A stretch of DNA of 57,367 bases, filler included, from Dimargaris cristalligena (lineage: Eukaryota): NCBI GenBank assembly GCA_003614675.1. It is 2 parts of 2 records of this genome, joined end to end, with 100 filler letters (N's around TTAATTAATTAA, not from the genome) between each part and the next. Parts side by side here need not be neighbours in the genome. Positions count along the whole stretch, not along the records: positions 1 to 28,678 come from ML002498.1; 1 more part is not named here. The stretch is one strand, 5' to 3'. The notes under the pieces were generated by a model that was given only the letters and a program-made list of their open reading frames with translations, searched no databases and was not told the DNA's origin. Position 1 is the stretch's first letter. Each line of letters starts with the position of its first letter. The translations under genes were made by a program, and so were the position numbers. Below are positions 13,201 through 25,437 of this stretch, piece by piece.

Positions 13201-15391
13201 CCGCAGCAGTCTGATGGGCATGGTCTATTACTCCCTGGACCTTTACTGCTCGGCTATGCACCAGGCGTTTCTCGATACTCTGCAGCTCGACCATCCAACT
13301 AACCACGCAAAGGGCCAGCAGGCTTCGCCAATCGTACCCCCTACTCCACCCAAGTCTAACCAATGGAAAAAGCGGATGTTTTTGGATAAATTCGTGTATA
13401 ATGTCCATCCTGCGCCGGTTGAACCGATCGCGCCCAAGCTGGTCATTGAACCAATGGCCTGTCGACCCCTGAATAACCTGTATAAAATCAGTGAACGCCT
13501 ACATGGGTTATTTTCCCCTTTTCTCCCCACACAAAGCGGGACTGCTTCTGGCGACCATCCCTTAGCCCACACCGCCCTTCACGACCACCTGTCCGATGGG
13601 CGCTATTTTGCCCATGGGTTAACCGGTAAACCCACTGAGGCTGATCGGGTGTATACGGTAATGCTGACTATTGTTCACGCCGAAGGCTTGGATACCCGTC
13701 ACCAGGGCCAGCTCCGCAACCCCTACATTAAGGTGGCCATGCCCCAAATCGGGCTTAAAATTGCCAAGACTACCACCCAACGGTCCACAGCCGTGCCCCG
13801 ATGGGACGAAGTGTTCCCGGTCTGGATCTCCGGGCCCTACATTCAGTCGGCGCTGGGGTCGGCTTCCTGCCCGTCCCACGAATCGCCTCTAATTACCCTG
13901 GCTGTATACGATCGAGACAAGATGCAGTCCAGCACCCTCTGTGGCATTGGTCGCTTCCCACTGGACCTTACCCTATATCGGGATACCACGGCGGACCTAT
14001 GGGTACCAATCAAACCACGGGGACGGGTTCTCATTCGTGTAACTTGCGATACCTCCGGAGCTGGCACGCCGACCGATAATCCCAAACCCTCTCATCTCCC
14101 GGCACTACTGCCCTTACCCCCGGATGGTGCCAAATGTGGGGATAGGACCGCCTCGGACCCCACGGCGATTCACCGGAACTATACACGCATTACCTGGCTA
14201 CTCCGTCGGACCCTTAATGATTTAATGCGACAGACCATTGAATCAATGGTACCTGCCATCCGCGTTCATTTGAGCCGCGCGCGGCTTTTAGACAACTCGG
14301 CCTTCCTGGCAAAAACGAATGGGAGCCGTATGAAGCGGCTACTGGCCACCACTCGCTTTAAGCCGTCAACAAAGACGAGGCCAACTTCTCAAATGGAGCA
14401 TCCCAACTCTGCTCAGACCGTGGAAAGCGCCCCTCTGGACGGACTATTCCAATACCTCAACCGTAATCTGGCCGTACTGTTTCAACACTGTTACCCGGAT
14501 ATTGCCCGGCCGCTCATTCTTAATACTTGGCGAGAAATCGTTTTAGCGCTGGTGGCTTCCATTTTACCTTCCCTGCCTACCCTTCTGGCGGAAACGAATG
14601 GTACCCCCTCCGAACAGAGTATTATGGGCTCCCGACGTGGTTCGGCTGGCCTATCGGGTATGCCAACATCCTCATCGCGTCCCCATATAGGCGCAATGAC
14701 CCAATCTTCGGCAGACCTATTGGTCCACCGGCGTTCTGCCAAAAACGACCTGGGTACACGAGGGTCGTTTCAGCAACTCTTTACCACAGTAGCCTCCACG
14801 TCGACCAAAGCCCTTTCCAAGCCGTCGAAACGCCGGATCCAGCTTGGCCCAGAGGAATGGCAGTTTATGGTGGACTGCCTTGACGCCATCCAGGACTTCT
14901 TTACCGGTGACGGTGACCCCGCCGATGGAAATAGTCCCCCGACCATTATTACGCACGCGCAACTTCAGGTCCTCCCGGAATTCAGAGAGTGGCATTTCAT
15001 CCGGGAATGGTACTTTGCCCCCACAGCCCAGCTAATCCGCGAATATATGCATGCTTTAGGGCGCCAACTGGATATACTCAAACAGTGGAACCATCTGGCC
15101 GATCACCCCGGGCGTACGCCCCTTTCGGCCGGCTCCGCCGGACGGGGAGCTTGGAATAATCCTGAAATGCTGAATATCGAATTGGTTGACTACGACCTTG
15201 GTTCAGCCGGTGGTGGCTCCTCCACTGAACTGCTTCAGTCTAGGGACCGAGGCCCCGCGCTGGACAGCGACCCCAAATGGCTACGTTCCCAAACTGATTT
15301 GATCCTCCGAATCCTCCAGACCCGGCACGGAATTGATAAAACCGCCACCGACTTTGTCTCTAGTCACTACACTAGCACTGAGTTTACTTAG
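10239..15391 (+). CDS. C2-domain / Munc13-homology (MHD)-like protein; join(10239..11972,12148..12803,12952..15391), ~1609 aa
   Basis: Three long ORFs join in frame via GTAAGT donors (11973, 12804) and TAG acceptors (12147, 12951). C2 domain: LTIVHAEGL...NPYIKV...PRWDEVF...LAVYDRD...CGIG...LWVPIKPRGRVLIRV. The MHD2-like segment LFQYLNRNLAVL...LILNTWREI resembles fungal Ync13/Yor296w-type proteins. Confidence 0.85.
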
Positions 15392-15899
15392 CTCCCATAT
15401 GTATATATTTTTTTCATGAATTTATTCGGACTCGTTTTTAAATGCTTTGTACCATAAATCCTCTCGCTTTAGCATTTTTTAACCCCTACGAGTGTAAATT
15501 AGGCCTTGGGTATTTGATATTGAGATGCTACAGATGAAGAGATTCAGTGGCAGCTTCGGTTATCCTACTGGCTAGTATTGATTAACGGGCTGGTGTTACT
15601 GAATGGCCGGCACGTATATATAGGCGTATACAACAGTTACAGGGCATAGCCCGGAGGGTTTTTTTTTAGGGAAGGACAGCACTGGCGTATTGTCTAAGGA
15701 TACATATCCCAAAGTTCTCAAAATACCAGCGGGTACTTGGACGCTTCGATGGGAACCCGAGGACGATTGTAATGGTCCTTCGGGTGTTGGCCGAAAAGGA
15801 CGATGAAGGGGCCATATAGTACCAGGTGCTACCGTTAGGTGGTGTGCTACGACATAATCAAACCTAATCCGGCATCAAATCACATGAGGGGCCTGGTTG

Positions 15900-17100
15900 T
15901 AATAGTGCAAAGTGTCCCTCACTAAAATGAGCATAGAATGTTATGACTATTTATTAGGTCCAAAGAGCAATGGCCTAATAGCCAGTCAAGTGCAACTATC
16001 CTATTATATTGAAATATTGATCTGAGTTAAAAGAAAAATAGTAAAATGGTAAGAGGGAGTGCAACATTTGGCCCATATAGGTTTTCAAGGTTTAAATGGA
16101 TAGACAGCAGGCCTCAGAAAACTTGCTTGGGGAAAAGCAGACAGCAGTATGTGGAATCTGCCAGATTTTAATAGAATGGGCTTTGACTACTATGACATAT
16201 TTGCATGTCATTAATCTAAGCCCCCTCTTCTATTATATTATGGTGGCACATTCTATAGATTAACCCAGCCTATCAAGGTGTCTTTTACTTAGTGACATAT
16301 TTGACCAGGGTCTTACAGTGTGGTGAGTTGGTATTGGCAACTTGTCTAATCAGGGTTCCTTTAATCTCTTCTAGTACCACCCCAAATTTAGCCTGGTTGT
16401 GTTCAAGGTCCAGACCTGGGGGGAACCGCAAAACCAACCAAGTGGGCCAGTCACTGAGGATAGCCTCCAAGCTGACCAGTTGGGCACAATCATATCCCCA
16501 GAGGCTGGTGAAAAATTTGATGCAGAAACAGCCCAATGGTATACCATACACTAGAGTAAAAAGGAGAGCTGGTACCACTAAGTTGGCTCTATGTTGGTGG
16601 AAGAGTTGGTTCACCCACAACTGGAAATGCATGTGGCGGTCTGAGTTCTTCCACGTGCCATTCAAAAAGCCGATAGTTGACCCTGAAAGATATCATCCAT
16701 CTGGTAGATGTTTGTCAAATCAGTACCATCTAGAAGGAGGGTGTCAGTGGTCCAGTCACCACTTGTCAGGGGACTTATGCCTCCACATATTTCACTCAGG
16801 GACAACCTTGAGTTGTCCTTCATGGGAATGTTGCTCCCCCTCAGACAACTTGTGCTGGGCATTCCCAGTAGAAGTTTGTTGATGATAGTAGGCCTCTTGA
16901 GGCCATGATAGGCTTTATTTCATCCGATTTGATGTATGATGTGAATAATTTTTTGTAAAAGATGAATCCTTGCCTTGGCAGGTTATATATACTACTGCTC
17001 TAGTCTGGGGCATACCCACCCTTTTTTTTCTCAGACCTTTTGAAGGCCATAACTCACACATTTACATTTCCATCCCTATATTTTGTATTTAAATAAAAAT
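15900..17100. repeat. CpG-depleted degenerate repeat relic upstream of DIRS copy 1
   Basis: Very few CpG, only short interrupted ORFs, ends at a (TA)11 tract at 17111-17132. Family not recognisable. Confidence 0.35.
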
Positions 17101-17132
17101 ATTACCTGGTTATATATATATATATATATATA

Positions 17133-20100
17133 GAAGATTCTGACATTCAAATTAATAATCCAGTTGATACACAACTTGATAATGTGGCCCCCTGTGTCCT
17201 TACCTGTACCACCGAGGAGTTCCAAATCCCAGAGTACCTTACGTAATGGATGGAGGAACACCACATCCCACACCTGGCCAACAGCAGCTGGGTTAATTGG
17301 TCTATTCAACAAGGACTGCAGTACCCAACACTAGTCACTAAACTACCACACCTCAACCCTTTTACAGCCATTAAAATGGCACAAACCAACATGGCCACTG
17401 ACAAAACCCTAGTGAAATACCAGTGATACTTTAGACATAACATCCAAGCCATTGGTGACTTAGCACAATCAATTGACAAAAGGGAAGACCCTACATCCAT
17501 CCATAATTGTTTGGCCCACTTGTTTGACTTCCAGCTCAACTTTTTCATGGAGTGTATAACTGAATGCTACCATCAGGCTGCCAGGGCTATTAAACTCCCT
17601 ACCAAACTCTAACAGCAGGTCCCTTTCATTGCGAATGAAGACCAGGACTTCCTCTTTGGTATAGCCATCAAAGAACAGTTGGAACAAGTAAATGCACAAC
17701 AATTCCAACAGCATCTATTAGCCCAAATGGTGTGGGGAAATATGGGATGTTGTGACCATTTTGGAATAGGCAACTGAGGCTATGGCTGCAAATTCAATCC
17801 TGGAAGACAAGACCAAAGTCAACAGCCACCAACTGAAATAACAATGGGGGTCCAACACCAACCCCCTACAGGCAACCAGTAGCCCTTTTAATAGCAAACT
17901 ATGTGATGCCAGTTGACCAGATCCCTCTTGGGGGGGCAACTTAGCTACTTCTACCCCCAATGGAGGAAGATAACCACAGACTGTTGGGTCCTCTTGGTAG
18001 TTCAAAATGGGTACTGATTATAATTCCAGACACCACCTGAACCAGGAGGACATGGAAGCAGTGGACAGAGCCCTGCAGAAACTATTAGCCTGTGGGGCCC
18101 TGGAGGCAGGCCACGAATTAGCCTAACCCTTTGCCTCAAACATGTTTACCAAGCAGGAGGCCTCCCAAAAAACAGCCCTGCTTAGATATATGCCACATTA
18201 ACTAGCTTATTCAACTGGAGCATTTCAAAATAGAGGGATTACTAGTCTTGAGCTCTACCATTCTACCAGGGAATTACATGCCCAAGCTGGACCTAAAGGA
18301 TGCTTACCTGATGATCCCCATCCACCCAAGGTCATGGAAGTACTTAATAGTACAATTCTACCAGTGATTATACTAGTTCCAATGCCTACCATTTGGACTG
18401 AGCAGCTCTCCCCAGGTATTTACCTGGATGATCAAAGCAGCTCTAACACCCCTACACCTATAGGGGATCTGCCTGTCATTTTATCTTGACAATATTTGTG
18501 TACTAGACTGGATAGCTAAGGAAACAAAATGACATATCCAATGGGTATGGCAATATCTGGAGAAACTGGGGTTTCTGTTCAATGACAAGAAATCCATCAT
18601 GATTCCCAGTTAAGTTCAGGAATTCTTGGGATTCAGCCTCAATACACAGGCTATAGCTATTACCCTACCCAAAACAAAGGTACAAATAGTCAAAGAAGAC
18701 AGTCACCTTCTCCTCACCAAAATAGTAACAGCCTGCAAAGCAGTGGCAATTGTGGGGACCATACCCTCTTGCATTCTGGCAATACAGACCAGTCTATTAA
18801 ACACCTGGTACCTTCAATGAGGCATTCACCAAGTGGTACTACAAGGGGGCTAGAATGGACTGTGTCCCATAAATAAAGATACAACAATAGCCCTCCATTG
18901 GTGGAATACTCTACCACCAGATGCCAACAGAAAACCCCTAGGCTTGCCAAAGTCACCTGAGGTAACAGTATTTACTGATGTGTCTGAAAGCAGTTTGGGG
19001 TTTTACTCCAATACTGCTACCACATATGGTCACTGGGACAAAAACAATCAGAACCAATCCAACAACTACCATAAACTGAAGGTGATTCTAATGACCCTGC
19101 AATACCAAAGGATATGTTGGAAGAGCAAGTGCCTCTTAATTTAGTCGGACAATACCACAGCAATCAAGAATGTGAACCAGGAAGGCTCCCCAGCCTATCC
19201 ACACCTTTATCATCTAGCCAAACAGATTCATGGGTACTGCCATCAACACCAGATCAAAATCCGAGTCTAATTTATTACAGGTCTGGAGAATCAGACAGCA
19301 GACATACTCAGTTACCTGAACATTTTGTATCAGGATGAGGAGATACCACAGGCCATTATACCTCTCCTTTGATGCCTGTATGGGTCCATTCACTTAGACC
19401 TCTTTGTGTCCCACAGAAATGCAAAGTGTTGCCACTTTTTTACTCAATTCCCAGAATAAGGAGTGATAAATTTCAATGCTTGGATAATTCCCTGGCCCAA
19501 GACTGGGGGATACGCCTCTCCCCCATGGAAATTGATACCACTGGTCATTCAGAAACTCCACTGAGAACAACTCCATTAACTGATACTAGTGACACCAAAT
19601 TGGCCAAGCCAACCCTGGTTCCCAACACTATTCCCATGTGACAGGGAATCCAATGGTGGTCAAGAAAGTCCACCAGAAGTTCAGATGGTTTGTGTGGCCC
19701 TTATCCGCAACTGGCTGGGGAAAATGGCCATCAAACCCAAAGCTATTGACAACATTATATGCAGTCGGCAGTTGTTAACTTGGAAAACTTATGAATATGC
19801 CTGGCAAAGCTTTGACACTTGGTACCAAACATGAGCATATGATCCAGCCAAGTACAATTATCCTCACCTAATAAATTACTTAGTGGATATGGCCCAAAAC
19901 TGAACCTGGACAACAATCTGTATTCACCAGTCAGTAATTACCTCCACTTGGAAATTATTTTATCCAAACAACCCACCAGTAACTGAAGACCATTTCCTAT
20001 AACAATTCATGCAAGGGGTCCATAAAAAACAACCCTTAGTCCCTAAACCACCAGTTTGGGACGTCAAACAGGTCCTAGATTACTTACAAGGCATGAGGCC

Positions 20101-20640
20101 AATGGAGGACTTGACAATTTGCCAATTAAGGCTCAAAACCCTGGGCTTATTAGCTCTAGCAACAATGTGGCACCTGCATAGTGATCTTACTAAGATTACT
20201 TTAACAAATACTCAATTTGAACCCAACTGTGAATCACCAATCCTAGTGAATTTAGTGGCCATTCAGGTCAAGGAGGGAGATTACAAACAATTAAGTCTCC
20301 GGGCCCTACAGGAAGATCCAACCATCTGCCCAGTCTGTCATCTGGCTAAATAACTGGAATGGTCACTGCCTCTACAGCGCCTTCCACAGGACCAACAAAA
20401 TCCATTTGCAGTATTTAATGGTCACCACAATGCCTCAGGGGATACTCTAGCCCAATGGCTTAAATCATTGTTACAAGAGGTAGAGATTGATGCATCCTAA
20501 TTTACAGCCCACTCATTTCATGTGGAGTCATCAACAGTGGCAAAGCTCCATGGAGTAAAGGATGAGGATATCCTACAATGTGACAATTGGTCCTCAGTAA
20601 CCCCCTTCCAATGTTATTATTACTGGCCATAACCATCCCT
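17133..20640 (+). mobile_element. Degenerate DIRS1-type tyrosine-recombinase retrotransposon, copy 1 (gag-like, RT, RNase H, MT-like, YR)
   Basis: Gag-like frame with LFG motif (~17140-17880). Pol start LGGQLSYFYPQWRKITTDCWVLLVVQNGY. RT motifs KLDLKDAY, LPFGLSSSP, YLDN (18482-18493). RNase H VFTDVS and SDNTTAI. MT-like LDLFVS...YASPPW. YR LLALATMWHLHSD...CPV...AHSFH...W...F..YY. Many in-frame stops; boundaries approximate. Confidence 0.9.
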
Positions 20641-22608
20641 GGAACACATCCCTTCGGGACTATCTGGCAAATAATATCATTTGTAAGCCCACCCGGAAAT
20701 ATTGGTATTTAGCATCAATCCACTTCAATAAGTACAGTATGGTTGATTTAGTTAATTGCTCATTCAATTCAATCACAAATTTAGGCATTAGAAAACTTAA
20801 TACTCGTTGCTCACAAAAGGTCCAAGGAAGAAAAGGGAGGGCATGCCCCGGACTAGAGCAGCAGTACATATAACCTGCCGAGGCAAGGATTCGTCTTTTA
20901 CAATAAACTATTAACATCATACATCAAATCTGACAAAATAAAGCCTATCGCGGCCTCAAGAGGCCTACTATCATCAACAAACTTCCGCTGGTCTGCCAGT
21001 GGAAGCAGTTAACTTGTATATTTTATATTTCTGGCTGGTAGACCATTTTTCTCATTAGGAGCCCTTCTCAATTTTATTGTAAACATTCTTACAATGGTTC
21101 TTTTATAGCAGGGCTTAATTGTATTGGGCGGGATAACCAGGTCTAATGAAAGCAAGTACAGAAAGAAATTTTTCAGATGGATACAATATCAAAAAGTAGC
21201 CCAAGTAATGCAACAAACAGATTTAGGAGCATATATTTAGGGTCAGGCATTCAAAATTGAATTTGCGTATATTAAGAACGGCGGTTGGTTTAAAATGCCG
21301 TTTATGGTAATGTCAGTACCCAGTTACTTGGCTCATGTCTAGGCATTGTAGAATCAATTGGGCACTTTATGCTAAAAATTCGAAAATAGAAACAGTGGGG
21401 ACCTATTGGAATAGGCAAACCTAGTTGGGCCAAATACCTACAATGTCGGAAGGGACTTAAGGACTACAATTATTATTTTGCTGATACATAAAGAACTCAT
21501 AGCGTTAGGGGCAGTTTTCTTTTTTATAATCCTTGTCCAGACTTGGCTAGCCAAGAAGCACAGCCGCATCCTACATTTGCCTGTTCAAAACCTGGATTTG
21601 AACTTCATTGCCTATATGTGATAAGATGAAGTTCAGTCCGGATAAGTAATAGCCAAGTTACCGCTCAAAAGAAGGCACGCGGCGCGATAATTCAACTGCA
21701 TAGGGGGGTCATAGATATCGACTGCCAATTGCCTTATTTTATGGACATGTTCGGTAGAATTACGGTTGTGATCACTGCGAAGGGAGAAGATCCCAACCCA
21801 GTAGGAAGGGAAGGTGTACTTGCATATTGTGGCGTTTCAACTCGACCATATTTACCTTGTGAGATGCTGTTTTTAGGTGAATAATATTATTTGAATATGA
21901 TAGGGGGGAGAGTATTAATTTATCCGATGCCAATCATTTTCGTCGCTTTTGCTACTCACTCCCATTCCTTGGTCAGATGACTGGTGTATTAACTGTTTGA
22001 AACTTGCAGGGTCAAGAGCGATTGCCATATGCCGACCCGATAGTGTGTATCTATTGGTGGGAGCTGGCGATGTGCTGGGCTCTAGGTGATTAGTCTCACC
22101 CAGCGGCTGCAGGATGTGGTGGGGGCCAGCGGCGTTGATGCCGACTGATGAGCATAGATCGTCTCGATTGCCTGGATGTTACTCTCTCCGCGGTATCATT
22201 CGAGCACTCAAAATTAGAGACAGTTGGGATAAGTAGACCAATTTGAGATGCCGCTCATGTGTCGATTAAAGCATACTCCAAACGGAGTGATCCACTCCAT
22301 TTTCCTTATATGGTTAAGAACTTCTCAAGCCTGTTGTGAGCGACTAACTTCATGTGTATAAAAAAACCCGTGAGCCAGTTGGAGAACGTCGGTCATAGCA
22401 GGACCTTCCAATCACGATGACGGTGATTGGTAATGGAGCATACGAAAAGCATGCGGCGAAAACAAAGTGACCTCGCCAGACTTCTTCATTCGACCACCTG
22501 GTCGATAAGGCCATAAGGATAATCTTTAGGGTGTACGGTAACCGTATGCCCCTGTTGAAAACCCGTAATTGATAAATTTTACACATGCCCATGCCCACCC
22601 CAGCTTGG

Positions 22609-22616
22609 TATATAAA
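22609..22616 (+). promoter_or_regulatory. Putative TATA box of the subtilisin-like gene
   Basis: TATATAAA about 240 nt upstream of ATG 22849. Confidence 0.45.
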
Positions 22617-22848
22617 TACGTGGACATTCCACTATCCATTGACTCAATATCGCCACTACTACTCGGTTTACTAGTTTAATACATTGTTACATATTCTCTT
22701 TAACCCGAGATCTCTTATTTCATTGCCATATTTCTGTCACACTTCTTGTATCCGCTGCTGTTGACCGCGCGGGTATCATTAGTCCTCTAAAGCCATCCGG
22801 AATCACCGTCACCCAATTATCCACCTTGAATCCAAACGCTACGACACC

Positions 22849-25437
22849 ATGCATCGCTCACTGAGCCTCTGGGGGCTCCTTTCGTTGGCGGTCCTAACCG
22901 CTAATTCGGGCTGTTCCGGTGAGAGCGTCATATCGGGGTCCTACCTGGTTCAGTTCGACACTAGCGATGCCAGCCAAGCCACCGGTACCGAACCATTCGA
23001 GCTGTTTTCTTCACAAATGGCCAAGTTGAAAGTCCCTTTCACGTTTGCCAGGAACTACACTACGGTCGTAAAAGGCGCACATATTAAACTGGACGACAAG
23101 TATTCCGCCATGGCCCAAAAGCTCTCCATCGTCTTGAACATGTCCCCCAACCAAGTCCTAAACCAATCGACCACCATCCACGCCTCGACCATTCCGGGCT
23201 TGACACTCGAACCGAAGGAAAATGTCTATCTCAAAGATAACTACATCGTGGCAACCCAGATTGAAAAAAATCTTTACGGTCGGGGCGTTAAAATTGGGTT
23301 CGTGGACAGCGGCCTGGACTACCGCCATCCGATGTTCGGTGGCTGTTTCAAGACCTGCAGTGGGGCCCGGGTGGTTGCCGGCTATGACTTTGTTGGCGAT
23401 CAATTCACCGGATACAACACCCCTAAGCCGGACAAGGACCCTTTGGATAAATGCAATGGTCACGGCACCCATGTGACCGGTATCGCAGCGGGCAATGTTG
23501 GCGTGTTCCAGGGCGCCGCTCCCCAAGCCCAAATTGGCGCCTATAGGGCCATAGGCTGTGGGGGTTCGACCACAGTCGATCTTCTGATGGCGGCAATGGA
23601 GATGGCCTACACTGACGGTATGAACATCATTAACGTGTCCCTCGGCGTTTCGGCAGGCTCGCCGAATTCCCTTTTGTCGCGCATGGCGACTCAGATGACC
23701 AGCAAGGGGGTGATTGTTGTTGCCGCGGCTGGAGATGAAGGTCAATACTCCCTGTTCACCGTCAACTCACCCGGGGTGGGAACCGGTGCAGTGGCCGTTG
23801 GAAGTTTCGACCAACCCTCCTTTTACTCCAAGTCTATCAATGTGGATAGTACCCCCGGTAAAAACTTCCCCCGGTCGTACACCCAGTCCCCCGAGCTGGC
23901 CTTTAACTTCAGTAAGCAAACCCTGGTTCTGGCCACAGACGCCCAAAATGCGTGGGTCGGCTGTCGCCCCATTACGGCGAACGTGAATGGAAAAATTGCT
24001 CTGGCCCAAAACGGCGTTTGCTCCATCGAAACCAAAGCGGCCAATGCGCAGGCGGCCGGGGCAGTTGCCTTGATTGTGTACGACGTCACCTGGAAAGTCA
24101 TCGATATCCCAGCCTTTAAGAGCAAGGGCCTTATCCCAACGGTGATGGTTGAGTACTCCGCTGGCACATTTCTTCTTTCCGCCCTCCAATCCGGTCAACA
24201 AGTAATCATTTCGAGCGACGACAATATGACTGCTCGTAAGCAAACGGAAAAAGTTGGTGTATCCGACTTCTCGTCCTGGGGACCCGGTCCCGATTTATCA
24301 CTCAAACCCAATCTCATTGCTCCGGGTCGTTACATCTATTCAGCCCTACCACTCGAAATGGGCAGCTACGGGATCGCTACCGGCACGGCCATGTCGAGCG
24401 CGTTCGTTACGGGGGCATTTGCTCTCCTGCGGGAGTTTAACCCTAAGTTGACTAGTGAGCAATACGTCATGATGTTGCTGCCGAAACAGGACCTGCAACC
24501 TTCGCGGTATACCAATTTACACTGCTCACCAGTGCAACAAGGCTACGGGGCCCTCCAAATGCAGAATGTCTTTAATTCGCCCGATTTTTTCTTTTCCTAC
24601 AACTCTAGTCTGGGCGATAACCAAAATGTGGATAACGGAAAGAACTTCAATTTTGAAATTCAATTCAAGGTCGATTCATATGCAAAATACCTGACTTCAT
24701 GGGGCTGGCTCACCTCCGAGGACGTCACCATGTTCACCCCTAGCGGAACCCTCATCGCGCCACGCCTTCGCGTTAACGGGACCTTTACGCCTAAAAATAT
24801 CGAGCCCCTTCCTACTTGGACCACGCCTAATTCGAACTTTACTCACCGTATGACCCTCACCCTCAACGATATGGCGCCGAGACAATGGATCTATGGAGGG
24901 TATATTACGTTTAACTTCCTTAGCGGTACCCGGTCAATCCGGTTCACCTTCCCTTTCCTGGCCATGGACGACAACTTTTCCCAAATTCCCATTGTACCAC
25001 CGAGCACCACCACATACTACCCCCAGCTCATTGATTCCGTTTCGTTGAGCGCAATTCCGGCATCTACGCAGACCACATATCAGCTATCTAAGAAGAAATA
25101 CCCGGCGTTCCAGTATTTCCTCCAGTTTACCACCGATCTGCTGCTCATTTATGTGGTACGGGTGGATCAAACGAGCCAACCGCGCTACCTAGTGGACCAG
25201 GGGCAACAGTCGTTTTTGGCCCACAGTTTTATACCTGGCTCGGACTTCCGCAATTTCGTATGGTCCGGCAACATGGTTAAAACGGCTAGCAATGGTGGTG
25301 CTGACTCGCTCACCGCCGCCCCCAACGGTTCCTACCAATTCCGGGTTCAGTGGAAGCGACCTCTGGCCGATTATGCCTCCCGCAAAGATAGCGATTTTAT
25401 TATTTGGCAGTCACCCACATTCAAGCTTAGTCGCTGA
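22849..25437 (+). CDS. Secreted S8 subtilisin-like protein with PA domain, probably catalytically inactive (Ser->Ala), 862 aa
   Basis: Signal peptide and I9-like prodomain. Motifs GVKIGFVDSG (Asp), NGHGTHVTG (His), PA insert VNGKIALAQNGVCSIETKAANAQAAGAVALIVYD, FSSWGP...LKPNLIAPG. The nucleophile motif reads GTAMSSA instead of GTSMAxP. Confidence 0.93.
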   Translation: MHRSLSLWGLLSLAVLTANSGCSGESVISGSYLVQFDTSDASQATGTEPFELFSSQMAKLKVPFTFARNYTTVVKGAHIKLDDKYSAMAQKLSIVLNMSPNQVLNQSTTIHASTIPGLTLEPKENVYLKDNYIVATQIEKNLYGRGVKIGFVDSGLDYRHPMFGGCFKTCSGARVVAGYDFVGDQFTGYNTPKPDKDPLDKCNGHGTHVTGIAAGNVGVFQGAAPQAQIGAYRAIGCGGSTTVDLLMAAMEMAYTDGMNIINVSLGVSAGSPNSLLSRMATQMTSKGVIVVAAAGDEGQYSLFTVNSPGVGTGAVAVGSFDQPSFYSKSINVDSTPGKNFPRSYTQSPELAFNFSKQTLVLATDAQNAWVGCRPITANVNGKIALAQNGVCSIETKAANAQAAGAVALIVYDVTWKVIDIPAFKSKGLIPTVMVEYSAGTFLLSALQSGQQVIISSDDNMTARKQTEKVGVSDFSSWGPGPDLSLKPNLIAPGRYIYSALPLEMGSYGIATGTAMSSAFVTGAFALLREFNPKLTSEQYVMMLLPKQDLQPSRYTNLHCSPVQQGYGALQMQNVFNSPDFFFSYNSSLGDNQNVDNGKNFNFEIQFKVDSYAKYLTSWGWLTSEDVTMFTPSGTLIAPRLRVNGTFTPKNIEPLPTWTTPNSNFTHRMTLTLNDMAPRQWIYGGYITFNFLSGTRSIRFTFPFLAMDDNFSQIPIVPPSTTTYYPQLIDSVSLSAIPASTQTTYQLSKKKYPAFQYFLQFTTDLLLIYVVRVDQTSQPRYLVDQGQQSFLAHSFIPGSDFRNFVWSGNMVKTASNGGADSLTAAPNGSYQFRVQWKRPLADYASRKDSDFIIWQSPTFKLSR

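Noticed and set aside
16285-16908. Overlapping 126-196 aa ORFs on both strands
   Set aside because: Lie in CpG-depleted relic DNA with no recognisable motif; not supportable as genes.
17111-17132. (TA)n and (GT)n microsatellites here and near 33120, 36985 and 55125
   Set aside because: Short, ordinary simple repeats.
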